A model generated the notes under the pieces. That model ran no database searches. It was not told the DNA's origin and saw only the letters and a list, made by a program, of their open reading frames with translations. From Squalus acanthias (taxonomy: Eukaryota): DNA of 64,000 nucleotides. The translations under genes and the position numbers were made by a program. This document shows, piece by piece, positions 37,499 through 49,685 of this stretch (position 1 is the stretch's first letter; each line of letters opens with the position of its first letter). Location: the NCBI GenBank assembly GCA_030390025.1, contig JASTWF010000138.1, positions 434,001 to 498,000 of the forward strand, written 5' to 3'.

Positions 37499-39140
37499 AG
37501 CGGGGTCTTTGTGCCCTGGACATCATCCCTATTCGGGGCTGTGCAGACTGGCAGTGAGAGGATGCAGTGCTCGGCTCACGGTGTGGTGTGAGGGTCACAG
37601 GGAGAACATATTACAGCGACCCAGAAACAGTTTGACTGCAAATCGCCCTCAAACCTCCACAATATTTATTCCTCAACCAACATAACAAAAACAGATTATC
37701 TGGTCATTATCACATTGCTGTTTGTGGGAGCTTGCTGTGCGCAATTTGGTTGCTGCGTTTCCTATATTACAACAGTGACTACACTTCAAAAAGTACTTCA
37801 TTGGCTGTAAAGCGCTTTCAGACGTCCGGTGGTCGTGAAAGGCGCTGTATAAAAATTCAAGTCTTTCTTTTTTTCAAACCAACAGCTGTCGGTGACCCGT
37901 AGAAAGGATCGGGTTTGATTTCCTTTCCTGTTAGAGATACAAACATGGAATCAATATGTCTTGTGAGTTATTTCTAGCGAAATGGGAAAAATGTGTGAAT
38001 GCAGCGAAAAAGTTATTTTTATATTACTTTATTCAGATTAACTTTTAGCTTTTGCCTGTTAAGCGAGTTTCTGTGAGCCATGCGCAGTTCGCTAGTTTAA
38101 ATTTAAAGGAATTCCAGGCAGAGACAACCTTAGGAAGCTCAGCAGAGACAAAATCAGACTTTCTTTGTTAGGCGGCTGCGTCGAGCACCATCGATCTCTC
38201 AGCAGTGAGATAGGCGACATCTCTATAGACATGTGTTGACCATCAGCTCGCCGAGCTCTAACTCCAGATAGTGACTCCACCGAGGACATCTGTGTAAGGA
38301 GTGTGGAACGTCCTGTTGGGCGCCTCTGCTCTCTGTAACTGTCTCCAGGTGAATGACTTTATTGACAGTTCAGTAAAGGTGAAAGCTTGGGGAGTGATTC
38401 TTGTTAAACTGAAGTTTATGCTGCTAACTGACCGAGGTGATGCGATGGAACATGTGACACGTAGCAGGGTGGAAAGAAAGGTTTAAAAAGTGGAAGTTAG
38501 GACAGGTACTTCAGAATTTGACGAGTCCGGATCAGCCGTGCCCCTCGAGCTCGAGACCAATAACTGATGAATCTCCGGTAACTCGTATTACCCAAATTGC
38601 TCTCTTATGTATATGTATAATTGTTATTAATAATAGTTATCTATGTCTGCTTAATTTCTATGATTGCGAATAAATGCCTTTGAACCCTATTAACTTGTGG
38701 AATATGTTATAAACTTTTAAGTAAGAAGATCCACTCCTTGTCATCAGATTATATCGATAAAAGGAAATATCTCCCACGTCTGTCATGTCTCACAAAAGGC
38801 AACCCGAGGGAACATCTCGCACACACCATCATTTCACTTCTACTTTAAGTGATGAAAAAGAGCAGGAAATTCGGGCCGAGAAGGCCACCCACTGAGAGCG
38901 GAGCCCGGGAATGTCCTTACATCCCAAATAATGGGAGGAAAATGTGGGGAGGGTGGCTCATTATAGGCGTGTAATTCCCCCGCCCCCGGCAGATTTTCCT
39001 CTCTGTTCGCCACCCAGGCGATGCTTTCTGTCCAGGCGGTAATTGCTAAAATTTAACTTTGTATTCCAGCGCCTCTGGGAACTATGGAACAAAGCAGCTC
39101 TTCCACCTCTTAAATATTTACCTCCGGAAAGAAAAATAAT

Positions 39141-39904
39141 GGCCCAGAAATTAGACTTCGATGGTTGCCGCGGGGGTAAGGATCGTGCGCGATCTTACCT
39201 ACCGCGCCTGCCTTTATGGTTTTGGCCCACACGAACTTCTGCTCCTGGGCCTCTCCCTGGTGCCGACGCGCAGTGTGTGCGTGTCCCAGAGGCGCAGTTA
39301 GTTCGATGCGACCTCTGGGATCACGTGGGCCAGTTAGAGCCAATGGCAGCACACCATCTTTCATTCATAGTTTTGACAGGAAGAGCTGTCAAAACTATGA
39401 ATACAACTTGCCCCCAAAAGAACAGCTAAACCTCAATTAAATTGTTTTTAAAAACCATCACATTAATAAAATAACTATCGTTAAATAAATTAACCACTTT
39501 AAACAAAAATTTACATTTTTGAAAAAATTTAAATTCTTTTTAAAAGTTATAAAAATAAACTTACCTTTCTTTAAAGTCTCTAAAAAAGATAAACCTGTGA
39601 AAAAATTTAAAATAATACTTAATTAACTACTTACCTTGTTAAAAGGGGGTCTTACGCCTCCTTTTTTCATGTGTAAAATCTTCAATACTTACCCTCGCGT
39701 TCAAACCTGAAAAAAAACCTAAGTGTGCTGCGTGCGCACGGCCTGTAGTGCGCACGCGGTTCACTTAGGAACCGCCCCCTTCGCAATATCGGAAGTGCCG
39801 GTTTCCCGCGCATGCGCAGTGCATGCAGGGAACCGGCACTTCGGAACCGAATATGGGTGAGTACACAGTGCGTACTCTCCCGTATTCGGCCGAATTTCTG
39901 GGCC
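39141..39904. mobile_element. MITE / non-autonomous DNA transposon with terminal inverted repeats
   Basis: GGCCCAGAAATT ... AATTTCTGGGCC; a partial inverted copy lies at about 49690-50115. Confidence 0.7.
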
Positions 39905-40354
39905 ATTAGGCTCCTATATCGATTCAAATACATTATTTAGAAGTTTAAACTGAAAGATAAGCAAATTTCATAGATCAAAGAAGATTCGGTCCATTGAATC
40001 TCATTGATCCTTTACTCCTCCTCCCCCAGTATAAAAGCCAGCTCCAGCGTACGCTCCATAATGCTCTGTCTCTGCCTCCTCCTCCTCCAGTATAGAAGCC
40101 AGTTCAAGAGGAAGCTCTATAATGCTCTGTCTCTGCCACCTCGCCCCACTGATTATGTCACAAATATCGACGTTTGAGATAGTTACCTCCAATTGTTGCT
40201 TAAACTAATTGTCCGGATGCAAATCCATCCTGAGCTGGCGCATGGGCCTACAGATTCGTCCCGAGTCCAGCACAATCTCACACCCACACCCCTCACTCTC
40301 ATCAACACACAAATGAGGGAAAATAAACCAAAGTAATTCACTTGTTTCTAAAAA

Positions 40355-41580
40355 TCATAGAATGATACAGCACAGAAGGAGGCCATTCAGTCCATTGTGC
40401 CTGTGCTGGCTCTTTGGTAGAGGTATCCAATTAGTCCCACTCCCCTGCTCTTTCCCATAGCCCTGTAATTTGTTTCCCTTCAAGTATGTATCCAATTCTC
40501 TTTTGAATGTTACTATTGAATCTGCTTCCACCACACTTTCATGCAGTGCATTCTAGATCACAACAAATCGTTGTGTGAAAAAAGTTTCCTCATGTCACCT
40601 CCGGTTCTTTTGCCAATCACCTTAAATCTGTGTCCAGTGGTTACCAACCCTTCTGCCACTCGAAACAGTTTCTCCTTTCTCCTTATTTACTATATCAAAA
40701 CCATTCATGATTTTGAACACCTCTATCAAATCTCCTCTGCTCTAAGGAGAACATTCCCAGCTTCTCCAATCTCTTCACATAACTGAAGTCCGTTGTCCCT
40801 GGAACAATTCTAGTAAATCTTTTCTGCACCCTCTCCAAGGCCTTGACATCCTTCCTAAAGCGTGGTGCCCAGAATTGAACACAAAACTCCAGCTGAGGCC
40901 TAACCGGTGTTTTATAAAGTTTAGCATGACTTCCTTTTATTTTAAACTCTATTCATAAGAAATAAGAAATAAGAAATAGGAGCAGGATTAGGTCATACCG
41001 CCCCTGAGCCTGCTCCACCATTCAGTAAGATCATGGTTGTCCTTCTCCATCAACTCCCGTTTCCCGCCGTATCCCTTGATTCCCTTAGTGCCCAAAAATC
41101 TATCCATCTCTGTCTTGAATATACTCAACGACTGAGCCTCCACAGCCCTCTGGGAAAGAGAATTCCAAAGATTCGCAACCGTCTGAGTAAAGAAATTCCT
41201 TGTCATCTCAGTCCTAAATGGACGAGCACTTATCCTGTATTATGCTTTATTAATTAATCCAAGGAGCCCATAAGCTTTTTGAACAGCCTTCCCAACTTAT
41301 CCTGCCACCTTCAAAGAAGTTTGTGCATACACCCCCAGGTCTGTTTGTTCTTGCACCCCCTTTTAAAATTGCACCATTTAGTTCTTATTGCCTTTCCTCA
41401 TTCTTCCTACCAAAATGAATCACTTCACAATTCTCTGAGTTACAGTTCATCTGCCATGTGTCTGCCATATCACCAGTATGTCTATGGCCTTCTGAGGTCT
41501 GTTACTAGCTACCTCATTGTTTACTAGCATTTCCGAGTTTCCTATCATCTGCAGACTTTGAAATTATGCCCTGTATATCT
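40355..41580 (-). mobile_element. Nested CR1 LINE fragments
   Basis: Reverse-complement CR1 3' ends (RNFFTQTVANLWNSL) and CR1 tails. Confidence 0.8.
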
Positions 41581-41889
41581 TTTAAATTATGTCCTATACG
41601 TGCTCCAGGAAATTGTAATTCTGCCGTATGCCCTGCAGTGATTCCAGCCGCCCTTCAAGCTCAAAAATCCTGAGCTCGACTTCGTGCAACTGGAGGCACT
41701 TCCTGCACACGCGGTGATCCAGGTCACATGGAGTGTCCTGGAGTTCCCACATGACATAGGAATTGCAGGCAACGGGTGTCATTCTCTATGTAGAACACCA
41801 CGAAGGCCAGCTAGTCAAATATTAAATGTTTGACGTTTTCCTGCAAATGCTGTGTCAACATTTCTACTATAAATTCTTATGTTATATTC

Positions 41890-44720
41890 ATAATGGAGAC
41901 TTATCTCACAAGTGTGAGGAGCTCATGAACTTTGTCTCTAAGATTGAAACCATCCGATCAGCTGCCTCTGCCACTTCCCTTCCTTCCCCTAGCCCACAGG
42001 GCCAAACTTCCTCTAAGGTTCCCCCCTGCCCTAGCCATGAACTTGCATCTTTCTCCAGTTTCTCTCCGATCTCCCCTCATGACCTGTTCAGGCTCATCTT
42101 GACCATGAGACCCTCTTCCTGCTCCCTCGACCCTATTCTCACCAAACTGCTGAACACCCAACTTCCTTTTCTGGCTCCCATGTCAGCTGACATTGTTAAC
42201 GATTCTCTCTGGTTAGGTGCTGTGTAGGGGGTGGTGGTTTGTGTCAGCTTCACCTCTGACTTCTGAGCGGTTCGAATCGCTCCCAGTCCCTTGGTTCTAG
42301 ACCTTGGACTTATTTGGGGGTTGTGACAAAAAGTGCAGCAGACAACTGGTTTTGATGCAAGAACGTTGATCTTTATTCAAGAAAGTAAAATACAACACAA
42401 CAATCTTAACACTCTAATAAAATGGGGAACACTTCGGTACAAACGAGGGAAATAACATTAGGAGAATATTTCACCCCTCCCAATCCCACTTCACTAGCTA
42501 GGTTGGACCCTAGAGAACCAGGGATAATGCTCACCAAACGAATCTTTGACAGTTGAGATAGGGTTTAGAGTCTTTTTAAGTAAAAAGTTTCGTAAGGCCC
42601 TTGTTGCCGCAAGGTGTCCGATGGTCACTGAGGCGGTCGCTCTGGTCTCTTCTTGCGTGTCGGCCTACTTGTGGAGCTGTTGGCCTTCTTTGTTGAACTT
42701 CTTTCTGTTGCCCCCTCGCCTTGTTGAACTGTCTTCTTCAGAGCTGTGGAACTGCCTTTTTGCAGAACTGTGGAAGTGCCTTCTGCCGGACTGCTTGCTG
42801 AACTCCCTGCTGCTTGCTGTAACTTGTTTCTGTTGAACTGTGTAACTGTACTCGAGAACACCTTTCTGTTGTTCCTGTGTAACTGCTCCACCCTTGAACT
42901 CGAACTTAAGAACTTGTTGTAACTGCTGAACTGACTTCTTGAGAAAACAGGGCCTTCAGTTATACCCATTGAAGCTTCCTTATCTGCATGCCAAATCAAA
43001 TCTTGGTCATTGTAAGATTTTGGAGGGCTCGTAAACAGTAACTGGTTTGTTAACGTGTGAAGTAGTTTCAGGAAGGCTCCATCCTGTCGATCTGTTGTTT
43101 AAGTGTAGTTGATTGTCCATATGCATGTCTTTAATGGGCTCTGTAAATTGGGGTGGAGACTGGTTTTCCTCGGGTTTATTGTTAGGATGCTAATGTCTGA
43201 TAGGGGCCGATTTAAACTCCAAGCGAGATCATGCGGATCCGAGACAGTTCCCATTAGCTCCAATACCCAAACTGTTTTTACAGAGGTTGAGCCCACCTTC
43301 CTTCACAGCCTTTTCTCCCTTACAAGTCCAGACATGTCTTTTAAAATCCAAAATCTTGGTTTTTGCTCGAACAGTCCTTCGGTTAGGCCCAATGCACTTC
43401 ACCACCCTGTAATAGCTAGGAAAGAGTCCAAAGTCTTTTTTCCTTAGGTGTTTTCTTAGAGTTTAGGGGGATCTGTGAATTTTGAGAATCTTACAGCTGT
43501 CCCCTCTCCTTCAAATCTGCCGTCATCACTCCTCTCCTTAAAAAAACAACCCTTGACCCCTCTGTCCTCGCAAGCTACCACCCCATCTCCAAACTCCCTT
43601 TCCTCTTCAAAGTTCTTGAAAGTGTTGTCGCTTCCCAAATCCGTGCCCATTTTCCCCGCAGCTCCATGTTTGAATCTCTCCAATCAAGTTTCCGCCCCTG
43701 CCACTGTACGAAAACAGCTCTCATCAAAGTCACAAATTACATCGTTTGTGATAAAGGTAAACTATCTCTTCTCGTCATTCTCGACTTGTCTGCAGCCTTT
43801 GACACGGTTGACCACTCCATCCTTCTCCAACGCCTCTCCACCATTGTCCAGCTGGGTGGGACTGCACTCGCCTGGTTCCATTCTTATCTATCTAATCGTA
43901 ACCAGAGAATCACCTGCAACGGCTTCTCTTCCCGCTCCCGCATCGTTACCTCTGGTGTCCCCCAAGGATCTATCCTTGGCACATTCCTATTTCTTATCTA
44001 CATGTTGCCCCTCGGCGATATCATCCGAAAACACAGCGTCAGGTTCCACATGTACGCTGATGAGACCCAGTTCTAACTCACCACCACTTCTCTCGACCCC
44101 TTCACATTCAATAAATTGTCAGACTGCTTGTCTGACATCCAGCTCTGGATGAGCAGAAATGTTCTCCAAATAAATATTAGAAGGCCGAAGTCATTGCTTT
44201 TGGTCCTTGCTACAAAATCTGTTCCCTAGCCATCGACTCTATTCCTCTCCCTGGCCACTGTCTGAGGCTGAACAACACTGTTCACAGCCTTGGTTTCGTA
44301 TTTGACCCTGAAATGAGCTTCCGACCACATATCCACATCATAACTAAGACCGTCTATGTCCACCTCTGTAGCATCGCCCGTCTCCGCCCCTGCCTCAGCT
44401 CATCAGCTGATGAAACCATCATCCATGTCATTGTTACTTCTAGACATGACTATTCCAACGCACTCCTGGCCGGCCTCCCACACTCTACCCTACGGAAACT
44501 TGAGGTCATCCAAAACTCGATCGCCCGTGTCCTAACTCGCACCAAGTCCCGTTCACCCATTACCCCTGTGCTCGCTGACCTACATTGGCTCCCGGTTAAG
44601 CAACAACTCGATGTTAAAATTCTCATCCCTAGCTCTGTAATCGTCCCAAGCCCCACAACCCCCACCCACCCCCCGCGAGATATCTGCGCTCCACTAATTC
44701 TGCCCTCTTGAGCTTGAACC
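41890..44720 (+). mobile_element. L2-type LINE interrupted by a solo LTR
   Basis: LDLSAAFDTVDHSILLQRL, PQGSILG and YADETQ motifs; the sequence resumes after the insert at 43496. Confidence 0.85.
42223..43495 (-). mobile_element. Solo LTR
   Basis: Ends TGTAGG...CTTACA, flanked by a 4-bp TSD GCTG (42219-42222 and 43496-43499); AATAAA on the minus strand at about 42372. Confidence 0.7.
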
Positions 44721-45413
44721 TCACTAGTAACAGACTGGGTACAGCGGCCACTTCCTGCAAGTGTCACACCGACTACCGCTAAAAAGATCCCTTTCAGGCT
44801 CTGTTGATAAAACCCTAGTCACGGTGACCAATGCCGCGGAATGGCTGCTTGAAACCTCATTAAATTTAAAACAGCTACAAAGTTCAGGAGAACTGCACGC
44901 TTGATTTGCTAAATACACTAAAAAATATTGTTCATGTTTCGAATCAGTGATGTTTTCCAAGATTTTAGATGAAAAAGTGAAATACAAAGAAACCGAACGG
45001 CTAGGAATCAAACAACCCTTAGTAATTGCTGCTGTTATATTAGTAGGATCAATGAGCAACTTGTCGGTTAAACATCCCTTTACGGAAATGTTAGTCCATT
45101 ATGGTAATCCGGGTAACACTTCCGTTACGCGAATGTGTTAAATCTTGGCTGTTAATTCGCCAACAATACCAGCTGGGCAGCATATGACGACGCCGTTTAA
45201 TTTTGCACCAATCGTGTTCCTTTTCTAAATGACGAAACTGACCCACGTGACCAGTACATAATGATATCAAATCAGATCGAGGTTGTGCATGTGTTTTTCT
45301 TCCGGCAGGATAAACCAGTGAAGCATTTGAATGTTATTGTTCCCGTAACACTTCTCAGTAATTCCTGCCACAATACTCTGATCGGAATTGTACCGAAGCT
45401 GTCAGCGCACAAG

Positions 45414-45471
45414 ATGCAAGAGTTTTTCAAATGGATATTAATGCTTCTTATTCCAGTCAGCTTTATGACAG
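45414..45471 (+). CDS. Leader exon of TCR V3
   Basis: MQEFFKWILMLLIPVSFMT + G|GTACGT; 58 nt, phase 1. Confidence 0.82.
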
Positions 45472-45584
45472 GTACGTTTTTAAATGTGTGAGCTAACAGC
45501 GACAGTTCGTGTCAAGTTACATTACACTGTGTCCCTGGAGATGGGTACAGATATTTATTATCATATTTATTAATTACTTGGATT

Positions 45585-46200
45585 AAGGAACAGAGAGTTG
45601 TATATCCAAATTTGTAGATGACATTAAATTAGTAGGGCCAGTAAGTAAGTAGTGCAGATATAAGGAGGAAGTTGATAGATTAAATGAGTGGGCAAAACTG
45701 GGGCATATTGAAGTTAATGTGGGCAAAGGGGAGGACATCCACCCTGGACCTAAGAAAGATAAATCGGAGTACTTTCTAAATGGTGAGAAACTAGGTATTG
45801 TCGAGGTGCAAAGTGAATTAGGAGCCCAAGCACACAAATCATTAAAAGCAACTAGACGTGTACAAAGTGCAATCAAAGGGGCTAATGGAATGTTGGTCTT
45901 TATCTCGCGGGGGCTGGAATACAAAGGGCTGAAAGTTCTGCTTCCATTGTGTAAAGTTCCGGTTAGACCGCATCTGGAGAACTGCGTTCAGATCTGGGCA
46001 CCGCACCTCAGGAAGGATAGATTGGCCTTGGAGCGGTTACAGCGCAGATTCACCAGAATGATAACGGGGCACAGAACATTAAATTATGAGGACAGGTTGC
46101 ATAAACTTGGGTTGTATTCCCTTGTGTAGAAATATTGAGGTGTTTCAAATGTTAAACGTATTCGATACGTTAGAAATGGAGAAAATATCCCCTCTAATCG
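45585..46200 (+). mobile_element. CR1 fragment inside the V3 leader intron
   Basis: RPHLENCVQIWAPHLRKD...RRFTRM motif. Confidence 0.8.
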
Positions 46201-46283
46201 GGAACGGCTATATTCCTGAGATATCTTTTGGAACTGACTGGTGTTGTCCGCTTTGCTCCATTAATAACATTGTTTTTTTACAG

Positions 46284-46554
46284 GTAAAGAGGAAGTTGTA
46301 CAAACATTTCCGTCACAGACTCCCAGTGAATTGAAAACCACATCGATGAACTGTCACACAACCACTCCGTTCACCGCGATATACTGGTACGTACAGCCTC
46401 CAAACCAGAGCCCAAAGCTGTTGATAATGGCATCGGAAAAGGGTGAACATAAAGGTCGATTCACAGCCGTCAGTCGAAGTTCGGAGAATCGCAGCTCCCT
46501 GACTATCGCGGCCTTACTTCTGACAGACACCGCGACCTACTTCTGTGTCGTACA
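46284..46554 (+). CDS. TCR alpha/delta-type V segment 3
   Basis: Acceptor ttttacag|; (G)KEEVVQTFPSQTPSELKTTSMNCHTTTPFTAIYWYVQPPNQSPKLLI...KGRFTA...SSLTIAALLLTDTATYFCVV; TRAV-like; open frame. Confidence 0.92.
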
Positions 46555-46593
46555 CACAGTGTAATAAGGAGCGACAGAGTCCGTACAAAAACC
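46555..46593 (+). other. Consensus 23-RSS of TCR V3
   Basis: CACAGTG + 23 nt + ACAAAAACC (perfect consensus). Confidence 0.95.
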
Positions 46594-46635
46594 GGGGCTG
46601 CTTTTCGGATCGTATGTTTAGGAAGAAGAACGAAC

Positions 46636-46821
46636 GGGGTAGATTTTCAATTTGTGCGATAGTGTAAACCGGGTGATAGGGAATCGGCAGCCCGTTTTAC
46701 ATCTGTGCTGATTAATATTTCCATTGACATCAGTGGAACTACACATCGGGGGAGATGTAAACCGGGCTGCCGACTCGCTCTCACCGGTTTTACACTGTCC
46801 CACAGAGTGAAAATCTACCCC
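46636..46821. mobile_element. Palindromic MITE
   Basis: 14-bp TIR GGGGTAGATTTTCA ... TGAAAATCTACCCC. Confidence 0.75.
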
Positions 46822-47314
46822 AATGTGCATTTGTTCAGCTCGTTTCACGTCTCCAGCGCCCTCCAAAGCGCTTTAAAATTGGTGAATTGCATTTTGAAGA
46901 GTAATTACTGTTCTTCGGACGCAAACATGGTCGGCATTTTGCGCCAAGCAGGATCCCACCAACAACAAACGAGATAAATAAGAGGTTCACTTGTTTTGGG
47001 GGTGCAGGTTGAAGGGAGTAAATTCAAATCCAAGCTGCTGCAACAATATTTCAGTGAGTGAGTGGTCAATCTATGGGACAGGCTCCCTCGGGAGACGGTG
47101 GAAACAATTAGTGTCGATTCATTCAAATGCAAATTGGACCGATGTCATTCATAGAATAAGATTTTGGGAGACAGTGTGTGAGTAATTTGAGACATGACGT
47201 GTGATAAGTACAGAATGCTTGGGAGGAAGAGGTGACTTTGGACCTGCAGTTTCCAAAGCTCTCCACCACTGGGGTTTTCCTCGCCTCATGTCTGGGTCTG
47301 TTGTAGACTCATTG

Positions 47315-48250
47315 GCCGCGAATTTAATTGTGGAGGCGGGATGGGAGCGGGACAGATGGTTTCCGCGTTCCGATCCCGCCCCCAGCTGCCTCCGCTCTGC
47401 AGATGTGATTTTCCCTTGATTGGCCTTGTTGAGCCCCGCCCTGCGGGTTTACCGGCCAATTAACAGGAAGCGGGTCTGATGACGTCATTTGATGACGTGA
47501 CATCTGCCGGTTTCCTTAAAGGGACCATGCACAATTTTATTTTGACAGTTGATCTGTCAGTGTTTGATAGCAATGAGGTGCTGCAAACACTGACAATCAC
47601 TGCACAAAGGTGAACACTTGCACCCAGGCTCTCCAATGACTCCCTCCATATACTTATGGAGGGAGTCACAGCAGGCAGGGAGGTTCTCTTCCCTTCTAAG
47701 GGCGGAAGAGTCCTCCCCAGAATACCAACTTACCTGGAATCTCCACCCAACCCTCTATATCTATATGACTTCCCCATCTCACTAGCCACCCTCACACTCA
47801 CCCTCATCCTACTGCAAGCATACCAACTAACAATACACAAGGGTAGGCACTTGAGAGGTTTAACCAATGTCCATGTGAAGTTTCTGGTAATGTGTTGTCA
47901 TACAGTGTAATATCCTTTACCAAAAATGTCCCTTATTGGACAGATCTGTACGCACATTGAGAAGTGTTTTACTCCCCCTCCCCCCGTCCCGCTATAGTGA
48001 AGAGTGTGCATGGAATGGCTTGGACATTAAAGGGATGCTTCACGTGCTGGTGAGGGATGGTGTCAACCTGGCGCATCATGTGGAAGCCAGGGTTTACAGC
48101 ATCAAGTGAAGAAAATCTAGCATTGGTGGTGCCATCCTGGCCACCCGGACAGCAATTTTGTCAGGGGCTGATGCCCTGTGTCCAGTGCTGCTTCAGGTGG
48201 GTGAGGATGAGGTTGGCGCTCCTGGTGCTGGTGTTGCTCTTGTGGCTGGT
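47315..48250 (+). mobile_element. Harbinger-type element copy (internally deleted)
   Basis: Homology to 20205-21400 (tgatgacgtcatttgatgacg; MEGVTAGREVLFP). Confidence 0.6.
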
Positions 48251-48420
48251 TGTGGTGCTGCCGCGGCTGTACTCGGATTGTTGTGCTTGATATAATGTAC
48301 TCGATTGTAGCGCTTGCTTTAATGTATTCGGATTGTAGCGCTCTCTTGCTATTCGTCTAACAGTATTATTGGATATTGAAGTCTCTTTAAATAGACTCGC
48401 TGGACTTGTTTCCCTTTCAG

Positions 48421-48674
48421 GTGACTTCAGTCAGAGAATAATAGAGACCAATTTTAGTGAGTAGAAGGATCGTCAGTCTGTCACCAGCACCTGGAATTTC
48501 CACGGTGACTAGAAATTGGGTAAACTATCGGTATCCAGAAGGAAATCACAGTCGGAAAACATTCCTCTTGGAGGACGATTTGTTGAATCAGTCAACAAAG
48601 AAAGGAAGTGGTTTACTTTGGGAATGAAGGATCTGGGGATTGAATAAAGCGCCACCTACCGCTGCAAAGCTTAG
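48421..48674 (+). pseudogene. VNAR / NAR-TCR-type V exon pseudogene
   Basis: Acceptor ccctttcag|; phase-1 frame (G)DFSQRIIETNFSE*KDRQSVTSTW...QSENIPLGGRFVESVNKERKWFTLGMKDLGIE*SATYRCKA*; resembles the VNAR framework GGRYVETVN...FSLRIxDLxVEDSxTYRCKA; internal stops; first Cys replaced by Trp. Confidence 0.7.
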
Positions 48675-48759
48675 TGTTGGTTAGGTAAGTCCCAAAGAAC
48701 ATACAGTGGATTCTGCCATCCAAAGTATATCGACACAACTCCGATATATCATAAAAACG

Positions 48760-49685
48760 TAAGAGCCTAAGAAATAGGAGCAGGAGTAGGCCATACGGCC
48801 CCTCGAGCCTGCTCCGCCATTCAATAAGATCATGGCTGATCTTCTACCTCAACTCCACTTTCAAGCCCTATACTCACAACTCTTGATTCCTTTATTGTCC
48901 AAAAATCTATCTCTGTCTTGAATATACTCAAAGACTCAGCATTCACAGCCCTCCGGGGCAGAAAAAATTCCAAAGATTCTCAAACCTCTGTGTGAAGAAA
49001 TTCTTCCACATCTGAGTCCTTAATGGCCAACCCCTTATCCCAAGACTAGGTTCTAGACGCTCCAGCCAGGGCAAACCGCCTCTTAGCCTGAACCGTGTCA
49101 AACCCTATAAAAATGTCATACATTTCAATGAGATCGCATCTCGTTCTTCTGAACTCCAGAGACTATCGGCCCATTCTACTTAATCTCTTCTCAAAGGACA
49201 ACCCTCTCATCCCAGGAATCAATCCAGTGAACTTTTATTGCACCCGCCTCTAAGGCAAGTATATTCTTCCTAGGTAAGGAGACCAAAACTGTGCACAGTA
49301 CTCCAGGTGTGGTCTCACCTAAACCCTATATAATTGCAGCAATACTTACTTACTCTTGTATTCCAAATCCTTGCAATAAAGGCTAACATGCCATTTGCCG
49401 CCCTAATTGCTTGCTGTAACTGTATGCTAAAGTTCTGTGATTCGAGTATAAGGACACCCAAATCCCTCTGCATACCAACATTTATTAGTCTCTCACCTTT
49501 TAAAAAATATTCTGCTTTGCTATTCTTCCTACCAAAGTGGATAATTTCACATTTCCCCACATTATGCTCCATCCGCCACCTTATTGCCCACTCACTTAAT
49601 ATGTCTCTATCCATTTGCAGGCTCTTTGTGTCCTCCTCACAAGTTAGTTACCCACCTAGCATTGTATCGTAAGCAAATGTAGATA
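48760..49685 (-). mobile_element. CR1 LINE 3' fragment
   Basis: Reverse-complement CR1 ORF2 end and tail (ggccatacggcccctcgagcctgctccgccattcaataag). Confidence 0.85.
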
